From NCBI RefSeq assembly GCF_006345805.1, contig NC_042997.1, positions 71,920,001 through 71,984,000 of the forward strand: a stretch of DNA of 64,000 nucleotides, read 5' to 3'. The notes beneath the pieces are model-generated. The model saw only the letters and a list, made by a program, of their open reading frames with translations, was not told where the DNA came from and ran no database searches. Below, in pieces: positions 55,034 through 64,000 of the stretch. This DNA comes from Octopus sinensis (lineage: Eukaryota). Positions within the stretch are counted from its first letter, which is position 1, and each line of letters opens with the position of its first letter. The translations under genes were made by a program, and so were the position numbers.

Positions 55034-55092
55034 TACCGTATTGGTCCCAATTTCAGAGTTAATTCATAAGAATTTTCTCCTCCTCAGCGATA
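55034..55092 (-). ncRNA. Type I hammerhead ribozyme, family H7 (minus arm)
   Basis: TATCG | CTGAGGA | GGAG-AA-AATTC-TTAT-GAATT-AA-CTCT | GAAA | TTGG-GA-CCAA | TA | CGGTA; AUA triplet. Confidence 0.85.
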
Positions 55093-55285
55093 AATACGTA
55101 AGACATTAATGAAATACTTACTCATACCCATGGAAAAAGCAAGCACTAAGTCGTGAGCAGACTTAGTGCATGCTTTTTCCATGGGTATGAGTAAGTATTT
55201 CATTTATGTCTTACGTAGTGCTCAGGACTTAGTGCTTGCTTTTTCCATGGGTATGAGTTAGTATTTCATTTATGTCTTACGTATT

Positions 55286-55344
55286 TATCGCTGAGGAGGA
55301 GAAATTTCTTATGAATTAACTCTGAAATTGGGACCAATACGGTA
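55286..55344 (+). ncRNA. Type I hammerhead ribozyme, family H7 (plus arm)
   Basis: Same fold as 55034-55092; one substitution in the helix II internal loop. Confidence 0.85.
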
Positions 55345-55410
55345 ATAACGAAATTTTTTAGGAATTTCTATCGGCTTGTTTCGAGACGCATAAATTATAA
55401 TGGTTATAAG

Positions 55411-55477
<67 letters not shown>

Positions 55478-55479
55478 CT

Positions 55480-55724
55480 TTTGGGACAAAGTCGTTTTAG
55501 CCTTCAAATGACGCCACCCCGCTGGCTATGCGAGCAGGCCAACAGAAGAGTGAGAGAAAGTTGTGGCGAAAGAGTACAGCAGGGATCGCCACCAACCCCT
55601 GCCAGAGCCTCGTGGAACTTTTAGGCGTTTTCGCTCAATAAACACTCACAACGCCCGGTCTGGGAATGGAAACCGCGATCCTACGACCGCAAGTCCGCTG
55701 CCCTAACCACTGAGCCATTGCACC
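55480..55724 (-). mobile_element. tRNA-derived SINE (family S4)
   Basis: Minus strand head GGTGCAATGGCTCAGTGGTTAGGGCAGCGG...GGTTTCCATTCCC with A/B boxes. Confidence 0.8.
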
Positions 55725-55743
55725 CCCACTTAAAAGTGTTGGC

Positions 55744-55818
55744 AGCCGGCTATGAGACTCGAACTCACACCTCCGTGATTACGCATCGCGGTACTCTAAA
55801 CCTTTGAGTTAAACCGCC
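55744..55818 (-). other. tRNA-like cloverleaf (pseudo-tRNA or solo SINE head)
   Basis: GGCGGTT..ACTC/GAGT D-arm, GTGAG-TTCGAGT-CTCAT T-arm, acceptor 6/7 pairs; anticodon arm irregular (extra base, mismatch, G33). Confidence 0.55.
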
Positions 55819-55849
55819 CACACTGTGTGTGCTTTTAAAGCCTATCTAG

Positions 55850-56072
55850 GCTCATAGGCCCGGTTTCCCGGTTTCAATGACGTATGTGTTCTCCAGCTGG
55901 ATGGGACGCCAATCCATCGCAGTGTTACTCATTTTTGCCAGCTGAATGGACTGGAGCAACGTGAAATGAAGTGTTTTGCTCACGAACACCATGCGTCGCC
56001 CGGTCCAGGAATCGAAACCACAATCTTACGATCATGATGCCGACACCCTAACCACTAAGCCACGCGCCTCCA
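55850..56072 (-). mobile_element. tRNA-derived SINE (family S3), full length
   Basis: Minus strand TGGAGGCGCGTGGCTTAGTGGTTAGGG...GGTTTCGATTCCTGG head with A/B boxes. Confidence 0.85.
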
Positions 56073-56598
56073 GATAAAGAATAAGTAGCAGGCTTAAAAT
56101 AAAAAGGTTCTGGATTCGATTCATTCGACTAAAAATTCTTCAAGGTGGTGCCCCGCTAACCCTAACTCTAACCCTTATCTTAATGAGTCAAACAAGTAAA
56201 GCATAAAAGATAGGTGTGTGCACCTTTGTTACTGCATTTTCTTCCCGACAATCGCTTGGCTACAGGTGATGGTTTGTTCACAGCCTCGTAGAGGAGAAGC
56301 TTGGTCTAAAGAGGGTAATAGAATAAGAACTAAACTATAAAAAATAAGAACTAGGGTCAATTGTTTGGCCAAACCCTTCAAAGCGGTGCCCCAGTTTGGC
56401 TGAAACAAGTTATTGTGATCCGGAATTCTTTAATCATTTTCATTTCCCATGATTCCATAACAAACAGATGCTAACACTTCAGAGGATCAGATATTTCATG
56501 TAAACCGTAAATATGCCAAAAAAGAAAAGAAAAACGGCATCATATGCATACATGACATGCGTCCGCTTACATATAGACATACATGCAAATGTGTGTGT

Positions 56599-56649
<51 letters not shown>

Positions 56650-56805
56650 CCGGATTCGATTCAAATGTTTTCTATAGTTTTGTGTTTATCAAACACGGAA
56701 TTTAACATATATTATATACTGACCCAATTTATTCACAATGGCTGCCCAATAGCTAATTAGAAATTTATGTATGTGTGTACTTGTGTGATTGTGAGTGTAT
56801 GTGTG

Positions 56806-56852
<47 letters not shown>

Positions 56853-56869
56853 TATTATATATATATATA

Positions 56870-56909
<40 letters not shown>

Positions 56910-57569
56910 TATACATACACACATACAAGTATATAAGTATATATATATATATATATATACACACCTTGCTGATATGTAAACCATATGTAGCAATAAACAT
57001 ATCAAATCTGCTAACAATTCTTATATGTGCTATATCCCGAAGGTATTGTATAAATCCTTACACGCTTGTGTGCATGTACATACATCATATTCACACAAAC
57101 GCACTTTCATCTGCCGCCATATACCCTTATCAGTTTGTATTAATAAGCATACATCATTCTTACATATATCTATATTAACGCATACCCAATACACTCCAGT
57201 ATTATAATTTAGTATAAACTACACACATCTATAGGAAAGAATATCACATTAGTCTAGACAAGATTTTTTTCACAAGTCATCAGTCTATTGTTTTCGTCTG
57301 TCGAACTAAGAAATTTATGAGAACATGTAGACTTCTTGATCTTTAACGGGTCATAGATGGATCAAAACTGATATAGAGGAAAATTCGTTTGATTTTGGCT
57401 TGATCTAGTTTAGTTAGAAAAATATAAAAACGCAACAGCAAATTAATTTTCTCTCTTTCGTTTCTGCTTCTGATCAGAGAGCATCTATCTCTCTTCCTTT
57501 CTGTCCAGAACCGATGAAGAAGCAATATCTTTATGAATGGGACAACTCACTGATTACCCTGACTTTCTT

Positions 57570-57626
57570 ACTTTCTCTTTCTCTCTCTGTCTCTCTTCTC
57601 TCTCTCTTCTCTTTCTTAGTCTCTCC

Positions 57627-57680
<54 letters not shown>
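57570..57680 (+). repeat. (CT)n-rich polypyrimidine microsatellite
   Basis: Direct reading. Confidence 0.9.
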
Positions 57681-58190
57681 CTAGAAACACAGATGAATTT
57701 ATTATCTACACAATGGACTCGAGATCTACGAATAACTTGTGTACTATGTGAAGGAGTTTATAAATTGTAAACGAAGAAGTTTATATATTGTAACGACATA
57801 ATATACATTGATGTGTTTATAATATAGTCGTTGGGGGTTTCTTTATGTTTAGCATTTTCTATATATATCGATATTGTATTTATAGGTGTTTAATTTTATT
57901 AATCTTTATTAATTTGTTAATTTTTAAAATTTAAAATTTTTTAATTTTTAATTTTTGAAAATATATTTATAAGTTACATATTTTTATTATATTTTTATTT
58001 ATATTCTTATTTTTCTATCTAATATGTATTAGAATATGTAGATTTAACTTTGATCCATTAATAATAATAACAATAAGATAAATAGCCAGAGGACGCAGTA
58101 GTGGACTTTTGTATTAGGTATAGCATGGGAAAACACACCACCAGCGCAAAAACACGTGTAGCGATGATTAAAAATATCTTCTTTCCCCTT

Positions 58191-58263
<73 letters not shown>

Positions 58264-58681
58264 ACCAGGTAAGGTATATATATTTTTCATATATTTTTTT
58301 TAAATAAGTTTTTAAATAATTTTATGGTACTTTAAAGTAGATTTTAAAATGGTTATATTATTTCATTATTATATAGGATATAATTTTCTATGTGTATTCC
58401 TGATAAGGTTGTCCTGAAATAGGTAAAATCTCAAATTTGTAATTATATATATATAGAGAGGGGGGGAGGGAGGGGATAAGGGGAGAGAGAAGAGGGTGAA
58501 TTCGTAAAAAAACAAAAGACGAAGACAGGTGGCGTTGAAAACAAACAGATGTATTAGTTTAACGCTCGGGAAATGAAAAAGTCTTTAACGTATCGAACCT
58601 TCGCTCTTCCACAGGAAGGAACACAGAAAGAAACAGGGAGAGAAAATAAAGAATGTGTTGTGGTTAGCGATCTATCATGGC

Positions 58682-58726
<45 letters not shown>

Positions 58727-58745
58727 ATATATAATATATATATAT

Positions 58746-58779
<34 letters not shown>

Positions 58780-58789
58780 TACATATTAT

Positions 58790-59415
58790 AAATAAGGGCA
58801 AAAGAAAAATAATTCTATGCCAATATGCTGAAAAAATAGACTTTATATCGTCTAACCACATAAAATATTTTTTACTATAAATATTTTGAAAAAAATTTAT
58901 CCTTATATTAGAAGTAGATTTATTACCGTTCACTTCAGGACTGGTAATCAATCACTCTACGTGAGTTTCCTGACTGACCACACATGTATTGTGGCTTGTG
59001 ACATAATTTCTATTTGGATATATTTAGGATACTTAAATGTACTCATGACTTGGCATCTGCTTTTTCTATGAGTATATGTAAGTATTGCATTTATTATAAT
59101 CGTGTTCCTTGCTGGCGAAGGAAGAATGCTTTTGGATTAATCCAGAAACCGGTCCGATTCGGGGATAACGGAATTTAAAAACAAATATGTTAGCTTGCTT
59201 TCCTCGTTTCAACACGTTGTGTATTTATAGTGAAAAATATTGTATGTGGTTAGACGATATACGGTCTTAAGATATATTTTTTCAGCATATTGGCAAAGAA
59301 TTTTCTTTCTTTTGCCCTTATTTATAATCGTTTATAATTTTCACCTTAAAAGATATTTTAATATGCTGGCCACTGATAATTTTTTTTTAAATCTTATCCT
59401 TATATTAGAAGTATA
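58790..59415. mobile_element. Diverged relative of family H7 (plus copy about 58895-59415 with degenerate HHR; inverted partial copy 58790-58885)
   Basis: Shares upstream GACTT..TGCTTTTT..ATG.GTA..GTAAGTATT.CATTTA and tail TCTTTTGCCCTTATTT..AATATGCTGGCCA with H7; HHR-like CTGGCGA..GAAACCGGTC at 59108-59158. Confidence 0.6.
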
Positions 59416-59463
59416 CATAAAAATATACATATATATATATACATACATATATATATATATATA

Positions 59464-59509
<46 letters not shown>

Positions 59510-60990
59510 GTATATATGTCCGTGTGTGCGTGCGTGTAAGTTTTCAACGAAATGTACTCTAGCGTGGAAATAGTGGCAGTTGAGATGAAATCCGGAAATC
59601 AGTTTTGACTCCAGCATCAACCAATTGACTTACGCTGCAAAAGTCATTGAGAGAAGTATGAACATAATACAATCTCACCATATTAAATACTGATCTTTGT
59701 AAGTACTGAGCCATTTAAAAAAATGGGTTCGAGAATAATCCAGCTGTACACGTTATAAACTATTCTAAAAATCTAATAACCGCTTACTCAGATATGCCAT
59801 AGTGTCTCGTATGATTATGCATGTATTGTTTTCCGTGTTTACCGTTTTTTCTCTTTTATGTTGAAACCAAATAACAGAGCCACAGCTCATTACCCTTTAT
59901 TTTTCAAACAAATATCTATGAATGTGTAATTGAATATGAGAATATGTATATAAGTGTATGTGTGTGCATGTATGTGCATGAAAGAGATTCATTGTAATTT
60001 AACAATTTTAATAACTATCTCTAGAACTTTTATTTACTCAATCTATTGTGTCGTAAACCAAGCCAGATGTCCCTATAATTGTGCTTTTTTTTTCTAAACA
60101 TGAACACAATTGGATGCGCATTCGCACACGCACAGTTAATCATATATACACACAAACTCATATACAGAAATATACATATTGAAAAACACCCACACAAACA
60201 GCCACGCACATATACACAAACAAACGCAAGTAAATACACACACTTATAATAAAAAGAAAAGGCACTTCACATGTATATGATTGTGTGTGAGCGTGTGTTT
60301 AGATGTATTTTTATAAGTGCTTGTTTATGTGTGTATCGAGTGTCAGCATCAAGTCAGCCCTGATCGAACATACATAAGATAAAAGGCAATTCCAGCCACG
60401 CCTTCCCAAAGTATTTCAGATAGAGTATATTTTTAAAGCATGAAGATTAGATAGTTATTTCTAGTAGGCTGTAACTACGTAGAGATTACCCTCACACTTC
60501 GGCTGGTTGCATCTTTGTTCTCGTATAAACGGCATCAAATTGTTAACGTTGAAGTTAAGGCAGATACAAGTTAATGAGGCTGAAAATTCATAGCATTCTG
60601 ACGGAGGCTTCATGAATGTGTGTATACGCTTTGTCTCGTGTATATATAGATATACGCAGTTGTTTGACGCACCCATGGAACACATTATGTATGTATGTGT
60701 ATGTATGTGTGTGCGTATATATAATATGTAAATATGTATATATGAATGTATATGTGAATACATGTATGGATGTATGCTTGTATATTTGCATGCGTATATA
60801 TATCTTGCATATTTATTTGAAATACAATCATGATGACAGTTAAGTTAATAGCAAAGTTAAGTATGAGATGGATTTGAAAGGATTCATTTAAATAGACATT
60901 GTCTCGTAGAATACAGTTAAATGACACGTATTTTTGTATAGATACATATGCACATACTCACATATCTCTGTGTCAGTACAAGTACATTTT

Positions 60991-61309
60991 TGTGTGTGTA
61001 CGCATGTTTAAATGCATGTATGTGTATAGTGTATTGTTCGTTTGTTGATGGGGTCAGCAAAATTGTACTCAATCCAGTGAAGAATAAGTATCATTTAATA
61101 AGCATAGAATTTATACGTGAGCTATTTATACAAGCCTGTTCGATTACAGCGCTATCCGAACATGAAACCTGAAGTAGCTCACGTATAAATTCTATGCTTA
61201 TTAAATGATACTTATCCTTCACTGGATTGAGTACAATTTTGCTGACCCCCATCAACAAATGAACAATACACTATACACATATATGTATTTAAACATGCGT
61301 ACACACACA
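60991..61309. repeat. Inverted repeat, 134-bp arms (60991-61124 / 61175-61309), 50-bp spacer
   Basis: GGGGTCAGCAAAATTGTACTCAATCCAGTGAAG... matches its reverse complement with about 5 differences. Confidence 0.85.
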
Positions 61310-63623
61310 TAGACGTGTGTGTGTGTGTACCATGCACGATCCGGCAATAGTCCCAACCCATGTTTTTATTTATTTTTCTAGACGTAGACGTACAGTTATG
61401 TTGAAATTGAATACTGTTTCGCTTTCCCCAGTTCTGGATTCCCTGCAAAGGGTAGGTACTCTCCATCCCTTGACTAAAACCATGATTACAGTGATTATAC
61501 CCTTGTTAAGAGAAATTTAATAATCTATCACCTTATCAATAAAAACCTTGAATTTATGAATCGCCTTAATATCTTACCATCATCATCGAAGTGATGTGAT
61601 GATTTCATGGGATATTATTTTTTTTAAACTCGCAAATTATTCTGAATTCTTTCTTAGATTGTAACAAGGCCTTAAATATTTGAGAGCAGTGGAATTAAAA
61701 CATGGTTATAACTGTGTTGTGTTATTAACCTCATCTTTACAGATAAAAAGAACGTTCAGGTTTACCTCTGTCCTCCATGTCAATCAGTTTGATCTCTAGC
61801 CGTCATGTTTTATTTCTGCGTATGTAGCTGGTACCAAACCAGACAGAATTAGAAACCTTTATCCCTATACTAAAGGTAATATGGTTCTTATCCACAAAGT
61901 CGTTGACACATGTGAATACTGCTTCAAACAGAAAATGTAGTAAGTACTTATGAATGCTGGAATCATAACTTTGTTTCCTTCAAATAACTAACTTTACATT
62001 CACAGCAGTTTTACACAATATCCTTACTTATAATTGTTGGCTAAATAAATAAATACCTTTGGGAAAACCATTGTAGTCAAATATTCTGTATTTTTCTTTC
62101 CTCATCATTTTAGAGTATTTGACTAATAAAAACATGCCAATTGAAACATATCCATTTTTTAATGAACAAAGAATTACCATGCCTGATAAAACATTAATCA
62201 ATCGAAAAACGCATGCATTTTCCTCAATAGTTTTTATGACAAAAGTCTCACAAATATGGACTTGAATATTCAAAAGAGAAAAAGAGCGCACGTGACAAGA
62301 AGCAAGTGTGCATAAAAAAAGAATACCCGTGCGATTAAACCCCATAAAACTTTTTATATAGAAAACAAACAAAAAAATGCATACATAATACGGTTATAAT
62401 ACACAACAGTTATGACAATATGAATATGAAATTTGTTCCACCCACACCGTAACCTCATGTGTGTATCATACATATATAAATACCTCGGCAATTTCAAGTA
62501 ATTTGTCCCTCTTCTATCCACGTGTAATGTATCCATCCCTCAACCTATTAATAAGTTTCCTCCCCAGAGAGTTGGCCTCCGTGTTCTTTTTACTACACGT
62601 GCATTTTCCTGCAGATACAGCATTGCAACTGTTGAAAAAGTTCATTAAAGCGTCCTGGAGGGACTGCACGCTCAAACTAATACATATATTAATTCGTAGA
62701 TATATAAATATGCATACATATTTATATATGTATGTATAGATATAAATGTACGTGCACATATAAATAGAGAGAGAGGGGGGAGAGGAAAAGAAAGATATAT
62801 ACTTACACACATACACAGATATATATATATATAAACCAATCATACACTTAAGATACAATAACCTAGAACATTACTCACACACATACAAACACCCCAATTC
62901 TGAAAATCAGGTGTCACAGAACCCAGTGAACGACGATAGTTCTTCCTTACCGAGGTTTTACTGAAGTATTATTCATTATTAACTTTAGCTTTACTCACAT
63001 CACTAATATATAAAACATTCTTATAAATTCTGAGTTACTTGTTACATTCTTAGTTAGAGATGGGAGAGATAATCAAGCCATTGGGAACATTCCCATGTCT
63101 GGTTGACATTCTTTTCCGCCATTGATTACCATATATTCTTAGCCAACTCAGTTCCTATTTCCCATGAGAATATTGTGACCAGCACTGGCTAACTCTCGTT
63201 CTCTTGAATAGTTTTATGTATTTACCAAAAAGTGTGAGCGACATTCAAGTTTCTCTCCTCTTTAAAAGCAATAGGAAGACTTCATGTTTCTTAAGCAAGA
63301 ATGAATAAATGAAATAATGTGTGTATGTGTGAACACATATATAGACAGATATATATGCACAGCTATAAAAGTTTATATACATACACACACACATACACAC
63401 GCACACATACGCACACACACACATATATACTTATTTTATACACATACTTTTTGCATTGCAGCTCACCACATGGGGATAATCGAAATTCTCTTCCTCCCTT
63501 TTCTTACAAGTTCATGTGTGTCAATGAGTGTCTGTGTTTGTGTCTGTATATATATATTATATATATATAATATATATTATATATATATATAACGGCGGTG
63601 CATCAGCATGACCGCAGCTCTTA

Positions 63624-64000
<377 letters not shown>

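Larger units (their letters stand above)
54841..55407. mobile_element. PLE-like inverted pair family H7 (arms 54971-55152 / 55226-55407, extra partial arm 55160-55217, left extension to 54841)
   Basis: 182-bp arms near-identical in reverse complement; HHR in each; (TA)n on both outer flanks. Confidence 0.8.

Noticed and set aside
55744-55818. Functional tRNA-Thr(CGT) gene
   Set aside because: Irregular anticodon arm, G at position 33 and an acceptor mismatch; kept only as a tRNA-like element.
62514-62700. Non-repetitive ORF segment SVQSLQDALMNFFNSCNAVSAGKCTCSKK
   Set aside because: No recognisable domain and ambiguous splice signals on both strands.

Overview
Eukaryotic, very AT-rich, microsatellite-saturated non-coding DNA. 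The SINE families resemble those I recognise from octopus/coleoid cephalopod genomes (inference, not searched). Almost all ORFs in the supplied track are translations of (TA)n/(CA)n/(TAA)n repeats. There is no prokaryotic gene, operon or CRISPR array. Recognisable content: many tRNA-derived SINEs; a Rep-deleted Helitron with both termini (21.2-24.3 kb); a nest of R4/Dong-type LINE 3' ends in (TAA)n arrays (33-35.6 kb); a CR1/L2-like LINE 3' fragment; a Tx1/L1-like ORF1 element with a duplicated 5' UTR; two maT/Tc1-mariner remnants; and one plausible isolated host exon. The main signal is 14 complete or near-complete type I hammerhead ribozyme (HHR) motifs from about 7 sequence families, plus about 5 degenerate ones, folded by eye. 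Most occur as divergent inverted pairs whose outer ends abut (TA)n runs, with one 'long' and one 'short' end; one family is a direct tandem of 181-nt units. One pair is attached to a Penelope-like GIY-YIG C-terminus, which ties the system to Penelope-like elements (PLEs)/retrozymes. HHRs in PLEs are established knowledge; the repeated long/short-end architecture, the tandem retrozyme-like unit and an R4-LINE/HHR composite are what may be undescribed. Coordinates were counted by hand (allow a few nt). The sequence shows 1-nt indels typical of long-read consensus, so single-base defects may be errors.
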